DNA from: Lama glama
Taxonomy: Eukaryota
Assembly: GCA_028534125.1 (NCBI GenBank)
Contig: CM052818.1
Coordinates: forward strand, 30,630,001 to 30,694,000
Length of the DNA: 64,000 nt
Reading direction: 5' to 3'
This document shows positions 14,087 through 29,086 of the stretch, one piece after another. Within the stretch, counting starts at the first letter, position 1. Each line of letters opens with the position of its first letter. The notes under the pieces were generated by a model. It did no database searches and had not been told where the DNA came from. It worked only from the letters and a program-made list of their open reading frames with translations. Made by a program: the position numbers and the translations under genes.

Positions 14087-14980
14087 TTGTGGTTGTTTTA
14101 AAATATTTTTATAAGTTGTTTAATTATCTGCTTTCAAAAGTTGGAGCTTAATTCACCTCCTCTTGAGTGTGGGTTATACTTAGTGACTTATAACAAGTAC
14201 CATGTGGTAGAAGTGACGATGTGAAATCACTTGCTCTGGAGAAGGCCAGTTGCCATGTCATGAGGACACTCAAGCATCCTTTTGAAGAAATCTACATGGT
14301 AGGGGACTGAGTGACCCATCTTGGAAGTGGATGCGTCAGGCTTATTCAAGTCTTCAGTTAATGTCAGCCCTAGCTGACGTTCCTGATTGTAACTTCATGA
14401 GAAACCCTAAGCCAGAAGTACCCAGCTAAGTTACTCCTGGAAAATAAATGTGTGTGATGATAAATGTCTATTATTTTAAGCTGGTACGTTTGGGGATTTT
14501 TTAAATTCAGTAATATATAAATAATATACTTTATTAGTTTCCTTGGGTTCCCATGTCAAATTACCACACACTAGGAGGCTTAAAGCAACAGACATTTGTT
14601 TTCTCAGTTCTGGAGATCGGAACTTTGAAATCAAGGTGTTGGCAGGACCACATTCCCTTTGAAGGGAGAAATCCTTCCTTGCCTCTTCCAGCTTCTGGGG
14701 GTCCTAGGCGTTCCTTAACTTGGAGCTCCATCACTCCAGTCTCTGCCTCCATCTTCACATGGCATTCTCCTCTGTCTCTATGTCTTCTCCTCTTCTGTCT
14801 CTTATAAGAACATTTGTCATTAGATTTAGGGCACATTTGAAGAATTCAGGATGATCCCACCTCAAGATCCTTAATTATGTGTGCAAAGATCTTTTTTTCC
14901 AAACAAGGTCACATTCACAAGTTCCAGAGGTTAGGGTGTACAGTATCTTTTGGTGGGGGGAGCACCATTCAACCCACTAT
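14087..14980. mobile_element. Two adjacent MaLR LTRs (MLT1 family; ~14087-14527 on + and ~14530-14980 on -)
   Basis: tgccatgtcatgaggacactcaagc...ttttaagc; and aattaccacacactaggaggcttaaagcaacagac...accattcaacccacta. Confidence 0.75.
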
Positions 14981-15849
14981 ATATATATATCATTATTTCT
15001 TATCAGAATTGATGCAATAGCTTTTTAACTGGCCTCCATCTTTTAATTTTTGTATCCCCCTAAAAATACATACAGAATTTGTTTTAGAATAGAATGCAAA
15101 CTTCTTAGCATGACCCACAGAGTATGTAGATCTGGCCTCTGCCTATCTCTGACCCTATTTATCAGATACTACTGATATCACCCAGGCTTATAAGTAGCCT
15201 CCACACAGGGAAGACCAAGGGCCAGTCAAGTTCTCATGAGGATGGAGCCATTCTAAGAAGGGGTATGTAAATAACACATACCCAGAAGCTTAAGCTGAAA
15301 TCAGTACATAAGTTTCATAGAGGCTGGAGGGAACAGACAGGGGATGAGATGGCTGGGAACACTTCTAGGGATTGAGACTCAGAAGGAGTGGGCAGAGTAG
15401 ACATCAGAGAACAAGGTCAGAGACACACTTGTGGGGCTTGGCATAGGCAAGGGAGCTGAGTCCATAGGAGAGACAGAGCATTGTTATGGCGACTGATGAG
15501 AGTCTATTCATTTCTTTGTGCATGGATCCTGCACATATGTAGTGGTACCAGAAGGAGGCAAGACTCCATAGAAACTTGTAATTGACTGCGGTGGTTACCT
15601 CATGTTTAGGGAATAGACCCTTTGCAAAAGTGAATTATCCAGATTTGTGAATATCAGAATGGTGGAGTAAAAACAATATGAATCAGAAGTTCCAGTTTTT
15701 TCACTTACTAGATATAGACTTAAGTTACTTGGAAAAGTAACTTTGGAAAAATTCACCTGGGGAATGGGGACAAAAGCATGTGTGCTACAGATTATGCACT
15801 TTCTCTTTGGCCAATAGCCAGATCTTACAGAGAGCATGCTGAGGAAGAA

Positions 15850-16440
15850 ATATGTCCAAAAAACAGGCGTCTGTGCTGGATGCTCTGTGCTGGGTCCCTT
15901 GGTCGTCATTTTAGCATTCTTCTTGCTGGAGAGGCTAGAAGGCTAAAAACTACATTTCTCAGATTTCTCAGTTCAAGATGTAATTTTGTCTTACCAATTG
16001 ATACACTTGTATGATTTTTAGTAAGTTAGAGGTGAAAGGAGGCCATTTTCCTGGAAAGAAGTTGTAGAAACATACAGCATCCCTATAGATGTTTGTAGGG
16101 TCCAGCCTCCAGCTTCCTGAGGATAGAGAAAGAGTTGTAGTGTCCACAGCTTCTTGGTATGACTTCTAATCCTGATGATAGCAAGGACTGTCCATTCTCC
16201 AATTTTCTGAGTGTAAGAGGTAGTTGGCAGGGTTATGGGTTTTTGTTTCTATAGCTACAGTGACAGGCTCAGAGGAACAGCTCCCACAGCGGGATCAGTT
16301 CTCTGTTTCTGGGGATTTTTCCAGAAGGGCCAGTCTGGAACCTGATCCTTAAGCCCTTCTGATGATTTTGAAAAGAACTAATCCTCTGAATCAAATCCTT
16401 TCTTTCTTAAAATTCTCAAAGTAGTTTCCTTTTCCTGAAT
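15850..16440. mobile_element. ERVL-type LTR (LTR16/LTR33-like)
   Basis: ctggagaggctagaaggctaaaaactacatttctcagatt...aaatcctttctttcttaaa...agtagtttcc. Confidence 0.45.
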
Positions 16441-18592
16441 TGGAGAAGGGGACCCATAGAAAGGCACAAGGAGTGCTGCCTGGGAAAGACCAGTTGACTC
16501 AGCATGAAGCAGCCTCACAGTATAATGTGGCATTTACCTTGGTGAGTACACTGAGATCCAGGTTGGGCCTTTGGCTTACTGTAATTCCCAGACTTGGTTT
16601 TTGGCACCTCACCTCTTCTTTTTCAGGCCAATCTTGTGTTTTCAAGCTGTGAATATTAGCACTTCTTATGGCATCTTAACCTTGCCTTAGGTACAGAGAT
16701 GAGGACCCTCAGTCAGTAGCCCTTAGAAGTCCATGCTTGATGGGAAAATGTCACTGTCTGAGAGAGGGCTGGGAAGTGTTGACACAGAGACAAGACATGC
16801 AGGCAGGCAAGGGGGAGACTGCAATATGAACATAGGTTTGTGTCTCTCTAGGCGATTTGCCAGCAAAAGACTCCAACAGGACTTTGTTCTAATTTCTGTC
16901 TAATGTTCACTCTCTTTAGAAAAATGTGCAAGATCTGAGCAAAGGTCAGCTGTCATCAGGAGGAGTAGGCTTAATATTGATTAGTGAAGAGTCAACTTTG
17001 GCTCTTAAAGAAATGATTATATTTAGCAGAACATCTCAGTAAGCTATGTTTTGACATGAAAGAGTAGCCCTCAAAGAATTTTCTGGATTGGCTAACATCA
17101 ATCTAAGAAGACCAAACCTTTAGTGTACAAATAATAAAAGGAGAAGTTTGAGTGACCAAGGGTAATCTAAGGAGGGATAAAGTGAGAACACCCTCCATCC
17201 CTGTTATCTTCCTCCTTCCTCCAAGGACACAAGGAGTAATCTGAGGGAAAGAGAGAGTGTGTCTTGGGAGGCAGTACAAGCAACAGCACGATGAGCACAG
17301 CTGAGGAGGGGAGGCAGGTGAGAGGTTCTATATCCAACCTGGGAAATGTGTGGCAGCTGTGACGTTCCAGCCTGTGTCCCAGGGTCTTCATTAAAACCCT
17401 CCTCTTCATAACTGCCTATGTGGTGGTGCTTTGGAGAAACAGGGGAAAGGGACTGAGCTCCAGGTTTGGGTTGTTGCAAAGTAGAGAAGACACTGCAGGA
17501 GGGAGGGTGGCACCGTGTGCAAGAATTCTGTGAAAGGAGGATTTGGATCAAGCGATGACCAGGAGGGATACATAAGCTGTTAAGAATCCCCAGTGATTGT
17601 GGTAGAAGGAGAGTGCCGAGCATGCATCAAACTCAGGATCGAGTTCAACCCACCTTTACCTAAATCCTAAATGATGGGCGATCTGGGTGTGCTGGAGAGC
17701 ACAGGGCACCCCGCATCAGTGTAGTCAGGGGCTTCAAGGTTGGTTTAAAGAAGAGGAGGGTGTTGAGTACAAGACAGTGTAATTAACCCTTGTGTCCTGC
17801 CCTTAGAACAGATAATTGTAACTTCTTAGTATTCCCCTTGTCCTCTTGGAAGGTGCTAATAACTTAACTTTGCAGAAGACAGAGAGGGAGGCTTTTCTTC
17901 TAGTATTTCATAGGCTCTTTCCCCCTCCACACTGTGTTGTCTGACTGACCAACATGCTTTCCTGCTAAACCTGCTAAAAGCATCCCTGTACTTTCTTCTA
18001 ATTGTACACAACAGGAGGTATACCGATTCATGCTTCTCTGGCTTTGAAAGACACATTGCGCCTCTTTGTTAATTTTAAGTCTTAAAAGAACTTTGATGGA
18101 GAACAATAAAATTCTGTCCCACTAAATAAGTTAATTGCAGGATTTTAAATGCTTGACAAAAGGCCCTTTCCCTTGAGGAGAGAATATCTTCTTCCAATTA
18201 GAAAGAAATGATCCTCAAGGAAAGTCACACAGCTCGCTGCCTGGTCCCCACAGGAGGCTTTTACGGGCTCCCTAGCTGGGTTTGAAGTCATGTGGCATAA
18301 GAAACTCTTGAAGAGACCACTGAGTAGGGGAGTAGGAATAGTCAGACAGCTACATGTGTTCTCTGGATGATTCTTTGTGGCTGCCAAATGCTTCCCCTGA
18401 AAGAGTGGAATAGAGTGTCTGGGGGAAATTTTGACAGTAGGCTATCCAAAGCTTTTAAGAGCCTTAGTCAGGGCCAGAAATCCTTACTCATCAGAAAGGA
18501 TTCTGTGGGTGAAGGTAAAGTTTCAAACTTAGTTTTTTTCAACTTCATGAATAGAATCATAGTGAAATGTATAGTAAATAAAGCTTTGTGAG

Positions 18593-19083
18593 TTACAGCA
18601 ATGTTGTTCACAATAGCCAATAGGTGGAAGCAACCTAAGTGTCCATTGACGGATGAATGGATAAATAAATGTAGTATATACACACAGTGGACTATTATTT
18701 CACCTTGAAAAGGAGGGAAATTCTGACACATGCTGCAACATGGATAGACTTTCAAGACATTATGCCAAGTGAAATAAGCCAGTTACAAATATACTGCATG
18801 ATTTCACTTATATGAGGTACCTAGAATAGTCAAACTTATAGGGACAGAAAGTAGAATGGTGGTTGCCAGGGGCTGGGGGAGGGCAGAATGAAGAATTATT
18901 GTCTAATGGGTGCAGAGTTTCAGTGTGAAAAGATGAGAAGAGGTCTGAGGATGGATGTTGATGATAATTGCCCAGCTTTATGAGTGTACTTAGTGACACT
19001 GAACTGTACCTTTAAAAATGATTATGATGGTAAAAATGATTCAGTTTTGTGTTATGTATATTCTGACACACACACACACACAC
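18593..19083 (+). mobile_element. L1MB-type 3' end with a (CA)n tail and TSD
   Basis: cacaatagccaataggtggaagcaacctaagtgtccattgacggatgaatgg...; TSD AAAGCTT(T/A)GTGAG at 18580-18592 and 19084-19096. Confidence 0.85.
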
Positions 19084-20299
19084 AAAGCTTAGTGAGAAAG
19101 ATGTGCTGTTTGCAAAATTTTGCATTTCTTTGAATCATGTTCTTCAACATGTGTTCCGTGAAAGTACTCATGAGAAAAAGATTCTGTTGTTTGAATCAGC
19201 TAGGGAACCCCCCAAATACAAAGCACATTAGGTATAGAAAAGTCTCTGACAAACCTGCATTGAAAAATTTAAGCTTTGTTTAATCCAGATTTTCACATAT
19301 GTGTTTGACCCTAGAACACCTTTTCCCAGAGTTCCCTTAAACTCCTGTTAGAAATGGTATTCTGCAAAGCTATCAGCTTGGAAAGCACTATTTAAATCTT
19401 CCTTCAACCTGTATAGGAGATGTGTCTAAAAAGTAATGGATGGTTTTCTTTGGAAGCTCCATTCTTTATAGATAGACCTAGTGAACTTTGTGATTAGAAG
19501 TTAGAGATTAATTTGTTATGCTATATTAGTACAATAAAGAGAACATAAATAAAAAGTTCTTAGCATGTGGATAGGTCCTCTGACCCACCTACTTGAAAAT
19601 AGTCTGGATTTTGCTGATAATGAAGTCAACCCCTGTCATTCTGATGGCAGCAACCTGGACTGCAAATAAAAGGTGACAATAACAACTGTCCCACAACTGA
19701 CTATTTAAAAATCTGCCAAGGGCTCCCCTTTACCCTGACTGATATAAGTGGTCTATTAGTCCTGCATGGATGGAGAAGCTGATGTAAGGAATGATCTTAC
19801 TTTACAGCTATCATTTTATGCTTGAATTTTGACTTGTATCTCCATACAGGAACAGTTGCAGAAATAGAAATTATCTAACAGTGTATCTCATGCCCACAAA
19901 TGAACATTTTGGGCAAATTATTTCCACCTTCTGGATTTCATATTCCCCAACTCTAAATTAAAGAGCTTGGATTAGGTTGCAAAAGTTCCTTACAGCTTAA
20001 AAATTTTTTTTTCAGATAAAAGGGGGTCATTTTCCTTTTTATTGCAAGTCAACATTTCTGTCTTTACCTTATGAAGATTTTGAAGTCTAGATATTTTTTG
20101 TTTTATAAGTAGTCACAATTTGCATACAGTGTTTTTTATATTTCATACCTACAAAACACTTTTTGAAAACAGTTCTGTTGTTCTGTCACTTTTATTGCCA
20201 GGTTTTTGACCAATTGTTCTTAGAAAAGGTGGAAGTTTTAAAACTACAGTTATTTTAGAAGAGAATGGAACATTTAAAGTGAAGCAAAGCAAAGTTTTA

Positions 20300-20730
20300 A
20301 AAACACCTATAAATGGCAACATTCAAGGACTCCCATTATAAGAATTGAAATGGAGTGTAAAACTTCCAAACTAGAAAAGAGAAAGAAATGGAAAAATAAA
20401 ATAAACATGCCAGAAACTCAATATTTAAAAAAAAGAATCCTATAAAAGAAAACACAAAGTAAAATGGTAGAAACAAGCCCAAATATTTAATCAATAAAAT
20501 GTAATGACTTAAATATTTTAGTTAAAATAGATTTAGAATGGTTTTGAGAACAGTAACACAAAATTCAGCCATGTGCTTTTACAAAAGAGGTAATGAAAAC
20601 TTACAGACATTAGAAGGTTAAAAGTAAAAATGATAGAAAAATATAAAATGTACAAGTCCTAAATAAAATAAAACTGGTAACAAGATATTAATTTCAGATA
20701 AAATAGACTCTAAGACAAAAAACATCTTGA
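20300..20730 (+). mobile_element. Ancient L1 ORF2 (endonuclease region) fragment
   Basis: A-rich; gaaggttaaaagtaaaa..gatattaatttcagataaaatagactctaagacaaaaa. Confidence 0.55.
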
Positions 20731-20849
20731 GGAGTAGTATCTATTCCTGCCCCTTCATCATTCTTCATCTTGGTAAACTTCACTTAGGTGGAACCAGCTC
20801 CATCTTTCCTGCTACCTTCTTCTCATTCACTCCTAATGCCTTCCTCAAC

Positions 20850-21652
20850 ACACATTTTAATTCATCACAAAATGCTACTGATTCTATCTCTAAAACACGT
20901 TTTTTGAGCTATTACAGACGCATCCATATCTGTCTCTAGACATTTAACCCAAGTCACCATCATCCTTTAACTCCTGCCCAACCTCCAAACTGATTTTCCT
21001 GTTTCAACTCCTGCCCAAATTTAATCCACTCTCCATGTAGCAATAAAAATGATTTATAAATAGATATAGGATAATGTCTCACACTTACACATAAATTGCA
21101 CTCCACCATGATGAAAAACTATCAATGGCTTATTTCACTTAAAACACAATAAAACCCATACCATGGTCTCAAGGTCCTGAATGATCTAGCTTTCCACACC
21201 AACCTCCCCCTGAACTGCTTTTCCACTCACTCACTCTGCACTGATTTCCCTCCTCCCATCAGTGCTTCAAGTAACTTATCTTTTTTTCCATCTCAGGGTG
21301 TTCGTACAACATGTTTGCTCCACAGAGAACATTCTTTCCACCAATCTTTGCCTGGCTAACTCTGAGTCAGCACTCAGTTCTAACATCACTTCCTCAGTAC
21401 AACTAGCTTTCTGCTTTTCTGTCTCTTGACAGCCCATTGTTTTCATTTTAACAGCCCAGTTTGTAAATATATATTAATTTGTATATTTATTGGTTTAATG
21501 TCAGTTTTTTCCTAAATATTTTTAATCTCTGTGAGGAAAGAGATCAGGCCGTTTTTGTTTATTTGTTTGTTTGTTTGTTTTTTCCACTGTGTATCAGTGG
21601 GTATAGTTCCTGGCCCATAGTAGATACTCAATAAATATTTGTTGAATGAATT
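20850..21652 (+). mobile_element. L2 3' fragment
   Basis: Ends in tagtagatactcaataaatatttgttgaatgaat, the L2 3' terminus. Confidence 0.75.
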
Positions 21653-24600
21653 TTTAAATTGAATATAATGTAGATAATGATACATTCTCCAACCCCAGGG
21701 CAGGATCAATTATTTTATTTTTCTTCATAACTCTCTCTACTGCCTTAATCCCTAGCACAGCAGGAGTATCATTTCTTCCTACAAAGTTATATTTTATAGC
21801 CCTCTATATTTATATATACAGTGCTACTAAAGTCACATAAATGAGAAATAAATCACTTTTTCTGTAAATTACTGAGGTTTGGGGGCTGCTCATTGCTACA
21901 GTTTAACCCAACCTACACTGACCCATAGACTGATTTCCTTAAAGTTAGATGTGGCCAATATGACTAATTCTGCCAAGAAAATGTGAGCAGCGGATACATG
22001 CATCACTTAGTCATATCTCTTTAGGCTTCAGAAGTCATGCTTCTGGGTCCAAATGCAATGGAGTGAATCAGGAACAAGATGTAGAGAAGATTAGATATTT
22101 ATGACTTGGTAAAGAAGGAGAAAATGAGATTGCCTGGAAGAAATTTTTGCATCTTATTCAAATGTGCCTTGACTCTCATCCAAATCCTTACTGCTGCCTT
22201 TGGGCCACTCAGCATTTTCTTGGATAGGACCAGCCCTAAGGGTCCTGAAGTCCTGGATGTCAGAGACTTAGTCCCATCTTTGCGTGGCTCCCCATACGTG
22301 AAGTGAAGGGATGTTGTACCTTACTGTAGCAGTGTGGCCTAAGGCAGGCTCTCAAGAGGCGTTCACGCTCTCTTCCTGCCCCCTGGTGGTTGCTGGTGTG
22401 TCCCAGTGTGGGATTCAGGGCCTTTCCCCCATGAAGTGCCTAATTGACATCACCAGTCTATTGATAGATGCATGTGTAGGAGGTTCTTGGGAGAGAGGCT
22501 AGCAGACATACTGCCAAGCTCCAACTTCTGTTTCAGGAAACATTTCCTGAATACTTGCTCTATTCCTGGCAATTAACAAACATTTCTCCTTGCAACCACC
22601 AGGTAAGGAAAATATTGTCTCCATTAGACAGATGGGGATTTTGGTTCAGAGCGCGTAGGAGTCTCGCCCACGGGTGCAGAGCTAGTGCGTGGAGAGCGTG
22701 GGATTTGAGCACAAATGTTTGAATTCCTTTCCCCCTTCCCTATTTCTCTCTTTGACTATGTACTAGTGATGGTGCACATACCACTAGCGTGTAACTAATC
22801 TCTAAATATTCCCGTCTCTAAATCTCATTCCTGGGATCTGCATTATGTTAAGCTTTGTACCGAGCGGGTCTTCCCGCCCTTCTCCCCCACCTTTCCCTTC
22901 CTTTCAGCGGATGCTGGTAGGAGAGGGCTAGATCTCTAGGCCTGTATTGAAAGGGAAGGCAGGGGCTGGCTGTGTGCAAATGGATGCCATGCCAATTACT
23001 GTTTCTTGGAGTTTATCTCTGCCTCCATATCCTAGTCTTACACTTGAAAGCTGTGTTGGTAATTGCCGGCAGGAGCTGGGCTTTAACTTACTCCTGGTCT
23101 CATCCTGCACAGTTCAGTACAGCACCATGCTGCTTCCTACACCATGTGAAAGCGAATGGCAGCTTCCACACCTTGTGTCCAAGCAGAAAGGGACTGTATG
23201 TGGGGGTCTTTTACTTAATGAGGGGGCACAGGAGAAACCTGGGGAGACCTTCTGGAGGAAAAGGGAGGCTCTGGTCTGACAGCCCAGCAGGGGGGTTGTT
23301 CCTTTCCAGAGGGAGGTAAGAAGAGACTGTCTTAGCTTACTGCGGATTTTTGTAAGGTCAAGCCTGTGACATGAGCCCTTCCAGCCAGAGCTGACTCGGT
23401 TGGTTGGGTGCAGTTAGGTTGGCATCATACCACTGGAAACCATGAGGCCTAGGAGAGGGCAGATGTGCCCAGCTCACCCTCCCTCTGCCTAGGGTTGGCT
23501 TTCTTTGAGCCACTTCCTGGTTTCCTTCCTCAACCTCTGCCCAGACCAGTTTTCCCACCAGTTCCTTTCTCAGTGTCCTTATAACTTTCACTCATCCATT
23601 TCTGGAACACTTCCATCCCTTCAGTAAACATTCTTTCCAAACTCATTCTGAAATATTCCTCACAAGGAAGCACCCAATACCCCCCGCGACAGAGTTCCAA
23701 ACCATGAGTAACTCCTGTGTGACGCACTGTTTTGTGGAAAGTCCTATTGCACATAAGCTAGCGTTTCTGGTGACTGGGGTTTACTGAAGCCAAACTCTCT
23801 TTCTGATTCCTGGGTTTTCATTGTTGGTTGTTGCCATTTTCTTTTATAAATGTTAAGGGTTTCCTCCCTGACTCTTCCTCATGTGTCCAAATCCAATATT
23901 GATTAGATCTGTGGACTGGCCAGTTACCAGGATCTACATGAACTTCTCAGTCTTGAGAGCAGTGTGGGTGTTCAAGTTGTAATCTTGGGGATCCAGTAGA
24001 GAGGAAGGAGCCCTGGACCTGGATTTAAAACCTGTGGTTCAAGTCCAAACTCTGCTGCTCGCTCACGCTCAGAACCTATCTCTTCAGATGAAAATGGGGC
24101 TTACAGCTTTATGTAGTGCTTATGAGGATACCTTGCATTGACGCACATAAGAGAACTGTGGCACCATACAGCCGTAGTGCGTGATGACGGTGGAGGAGAG
24201 AGTCGCAATGAAAATAAGCCTGAGGTTAAGCTGACTTTCTCTTTTGGCTGGGAGGGAAGCCAACTTAGCCAAACTGTGTGAGAAGACTCGGTGCCTTTCC
24301 CTCAGCCCTCTAGAGCTGAGTGGAGGTCACTGAGCGTATTTATTGACCTCTACCGTGTGTTAGTAGGGATTCAAAAAAGTAGGAGCTGGTCTCTGCGTTA
24401 TGTGCCGTAATAGAGGTAGGCATACAACACCATGGAAGTAGATGACGGAGCAGTGACGTTTCCTCAGGGTGGTTGTGTACAAAAGTCTGAGGCTGTGGGC
24501 TTTGAGGAGCTGGTTGCATTTAAGCTGAGCTTTCAAGGATTTCATTAGGGGGAGAAGTGGGGAAAAGGAGTTCTAAGCTGAGGGAGCGACCTGGGAAGCA

Positions 24601-27600
24601 TGGAGGTGTGGTGCTGCGTTCGGGGGTTGGGGAATAGTCTAATGGCCAAAAGATGGGTTGTGTGGGTGAGGTGGCTGAGAGTGGGACTGGAGGTGGGCCG
24701 GGTCTGGATGCATCCTGATGGCACAGCCCTGTGTGCTGGGGCAGAGTGGTCTGTGCTGGAGTCCGGGGCCTTCTCACTGTCCTTGGAATCTTCCTGTTCA
24801 CATTGATTTGAATTTTAGGGCAGCTTTTCCCTTAAAGCCGTGAGTCTTTGCAATGGATCATGTACTTTCCCTCCTCTTTAATAATATATATACACTCAAA
24901 ACTGTTGCACGCGCATCACTTTCCACACCCACTCCCAGTATCTGCAGGGCAAGGGTATAAATGGAAGCCCATATGCTGAATGTTCACATATTTAAAAATT
25001 GTAAACCAGCTTAACAAATGTTAAATCAAAAGGTCCTGTGCTCCTTGCTTGACAAATGCATCTTCATAAGCACCTTGAAGGCCAGGTTTTAATTTATAAT
25101 TTTCAGACTCTCCAGAGAACTGCCCTCTCCTGCCTCATAGTCCATCTCTCCTTCCCACCCTCAGCTCTGCCTCACCCTGTGATGGTCCTCTCTCAGTCAG
25201 ACGAGTGGACAGTGCAGCCCACCTGTCCCAGCTATGCCCACTATTCCCAGGAGTCGCCCTCAGGGGACCTTGGGATGCACACATGAGGAGCCGAGGGGTC
25301 GGCATGATAAGAGTACAGTTCTCCTTTGCAGAAACAGACCAAGGAAAATGGCCAGCTTGGGCCTTGAAGTGAGCTGGGGGCCATTTGGCAGGAACCCGGG
25401 TGTGTGTGGAGCATGCTATAAAAGGGGCAGTGAAGTAGGCTATGAATGGTTACTTTCCTTAGGCCCAGAGGACTTCTCACCCAGTGGGGAGGGGAATAAC
25501 CACAAGAAGAGCAGAGAAGGGCCTTCTAAAAGGCAGCCCCAAGGCAGCACCACCTCTTGCCTGGGCCTCGGGGTGGGCAGCGTCTCCTGCCCTTGGTGAG
25601 TCCTACTTTCAGGGTTACTAGGCTCACTTTGTATGAGTACCTGACCTTGCCAGCAGGAGGACTTCTTGTCACCTCCATCCCTCCATTATAGAGTGGATCT
25701 TTTAAGGGAGTCCACTCTACACATTGGTGGACACAAGCCTCAGGCTGACAACATATTTTGGAATGCCACAAAATGCTATGAGTATTCCAGAAGCTTATTA
25801 AAGAGAGAATTACCCAAGAACACTCTATATTAGGGATCACTGGTCCAGACAGTTACATGAAAATGATAAACATAAAATAAAGCACTTTTATCGTCTGATA
25901 ATATTTTCTTTTCCTTAACACTCTGGCTACACTGATGTTGGACAGGAAGTGGGAGAGTCTTGTAGTAAGGCACAACTTGCTCAGAGATAGGTGAGGCTCA
26001 GGGGACATGACTAAAAAGAACCACTGCCCATTTGAACAGGCTATGCCATTGGAAAGAAGGATGCCAAAAAAAAAAAAAAAGTCCAAGTATTATTCCACGC
26101 CATAATACTCTGGAATGCCAGGGCTGGGAGAGTACGTGGGGTTTTATAGAAGGAAGGGATCCTGCCAGAAGTGTCAGGGAGGAGCAGATCCTTGGTTGTC
26201 ACCTGAGTTTCTTGTCTTCTAGACTGGGACTCTTTCCTTGGCTTCATCTCAACTCAGTGTTCAGTTGCCAGAATTCTTTAGGCCAGTTGAATGGGGGCTC
26301 TGTTAATAATAAAGGCATGGGAGGCTGGTAAGATTTTGCCTTGGAAAAAGATGTTCTTTTTTTTTTAACTAAACAAATTCACAAGCTCTGCTCACAGACC
26401 CATCATTGAAGCACTCTGATTTAGCCTCCAGGCGAGGTGCTTCACACGTTTCCTGGGAGCTAATACTTAACTGGCACCCCGGACATGGCTACTGGGGCTG
26501 TGTGGGTCATTCAGAAGATTCTTATCACCCTCATTCCTATTTTCATAAGAGATTCTCAGAATAATGGTGATGATTAGATAGAGATGATGAATAGGGAACT
26601 TTTTATAAAGTGGAATCACTGATAGTGATCGAGACTGAAAAATTATAGTTGCCAGGTCACTAACTAGTCTGGTCTGGCTGCTCACCTGGGTATAGAAGAC
26701 AGCCAAGAACAGCAAGGATAGGAAATTTGACTAAGAGGCCTGGGGCTGGTCCCTGAGGTAACCTCAGTTGCCATTCTGTTTTCATCATCCTTGGGGTCCA
26801 CTCCTGTTACTCCTTCCTCTGGGTGATCTGTCATCCTTTTCGCCTGCTCATGTCCTAAATCTATCAGTACTCTGCTTGGGCCCACAGATGTCACTATGGG
26901 GGGTTAAAACCTTTCCCATCCAGGTTCATGTTCCCTCCATGTTCCAGGAAGCTACCATGCTACCCAGGAGCACTGCCTTCTAGAAGCTTCCTGCTTCTCC
27001 TAAAGAAAAAGGGCCAAGTCCCAGTGTTGGGTAGATCCTGCAAGAATGCTCCAGCCTTTGCCCTTCTCTGCACATCCTGGGCCTGGGGTTCTGGAGGAGA
27101 ATGGCAGTAATCACAAGTTCTGTTTCATCTGCTTCTTCTGACAGATGGAGGCTGGGACCTGGGACCTTTATCTTGGTCCCCAAGGAGTCAGTTGTCAGAT
27201 GTGACAGCTATGATTGCACTGACTTCCCACTGCCTGTTTCTTCTCTCTCCCTGGATCTTTTTTACACTCTCCATTTCCTTTGGGATTATAGAATTCCTTA
27301 AGATTCTTGTAGTCTGAGGCCCGGTTTCTGCTCACTGTGTGATCTCTGTTCACAAAGCACTTTGTGAGGACTATAAGAAGAAAGAGAGAGATATAAACTA
27401 TCTCTGTGTTTTTTCAGAAGACAGATCTGAAGGGCTCCAAGCTGGCTTCTGCCCCACTGCACACCAGTCCCCTTGCTGTTTCATTCTCTACTCTCCCTGC
27501 TCTGATCCTCTTAAGGCCAAAGTTTCTCACTGCTGATACCTCTTCAATGTTAAGTGAGACCTTTGAGACCTTTACCAGTGAAGGAGTTTCTCCCCTGTCT

Positions 27601-28167
27601 CCAGCACCTGTAATGGGTGGTGGTGAGCTAGGAAAACCTTGTCTCTACTCTTTATGGTTTCAGAAGATTCTAGAATCAGAGGAACTTCAGTTCAAATCCT
27701 GATTTCCCCTTACCAGCCATGTGAATTACTTAACCTCTCTGAGTCCAGACAGCTTTTTCACATAGAAAACGAAGTTCATCTATCTTTATGGATATTGGAG
27801 AAAGTAAGTGAGATCCACATAGAACCCCTAACTTAGGACCTAATACTATTAGCAGCTTCATAAATCTTTGTCCTCTTCAGAATGTCTCCTCTATGGAGGT
27901 GATTTAACCTTGACCAGTAAACTAGCCTCAGGACTGGAGGCCTTCCATTGCAGCATTTATAGTAAGAAATATATACTCTCCTAGAAGAGCTTAAGGTTAC
28001 TTGCTAGATCAGTGAGGAGATGTGCATGTCTTAATTTTCCCAATAATCACAAAATGCACTAAAATAAAGGTAATAGTATAAGAAATCTCAAATCTCTCAG
28101 TGAGGATTGCTTAGTGTGCTGTGATGTGGATACAGCACTGGAGCTCGTGAGATTAAAATTCATGCTT

Positions 28168-29046
28168 CACAAGTGGAGCTTGGGAAGCTGAATAGCTGCA
28201 TGTAAATCAGTGAAGTTAGAACCATACACAACTCACCATACACAAAAGTAAACTCAAAATGGCTTAAAGACTTAAACATAAGACAAGACACTATAAACCT
28301 CTTAGAAGAAAACATAGGCAAACATTCTCTGACATAAATCTTAGCACTGTTCTCCTAGGGCAGTCTACCCAAGCAATAGAAATAAAAACAAAAATAAACA
28401 AATGGGACCTAATTAAACTTATAAGCTTTTGCTCAGCAAAGGAAACTATAAACAAAACAAAAAGATAACCTACAGAATGGGAGAAAATATTCACAAATGA
28501 TGTGACTGACAAGGGCTTAGTTTCTAGAATATACAAACAACTCATACAACTTAATTAAAAAATAAACAACCCAATCCAAAAATGGGCAGAAGAACTAAAT
28601 AAGCAATTCTCCAATGAAGACATTCAAATGGCTAATAGGAACATGAAAAAATGCTCAATATCACTAATTATCAGAGAAATGCAAATCAAAACGACAGTGA
28701 GGTATCACCTCACACCAGTCAGAATGGCCTTCACACACACGCAAGAATGCACACACGATAACTGCTGGAGATGGTGTGGAGAAAAGGGATCCCTCCTACA
28801 CTATTGGTGGGAATGTAGTTTGGTGCAACCATTATGGAAAACAGTATGGGGATTCCTCAAAAAACTAAAAATAGACTTACCATATGATCCAGCAATCCCA
28901 CTCTTGGGCACATATCTTGGGGGAACTCTAATTTGAAAAGACATGCACTCCAGTGTTCATAGCAGCACTATTTATACCAGTCAAGACATGGAAACAACCT
29001 AAATGTCCATTGACAGATGACTGGATAAAGAAGTTATGAGATATAT

Positions 29047-29086
<40 letters not shown>

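Noticed and set aside
28628..28936. 102-aa ORF with a Cys/Trp motif
   Set aside because: Fragment of L1 ORF2 C-terminus in a truncated, frameshifted copy; not a host gene
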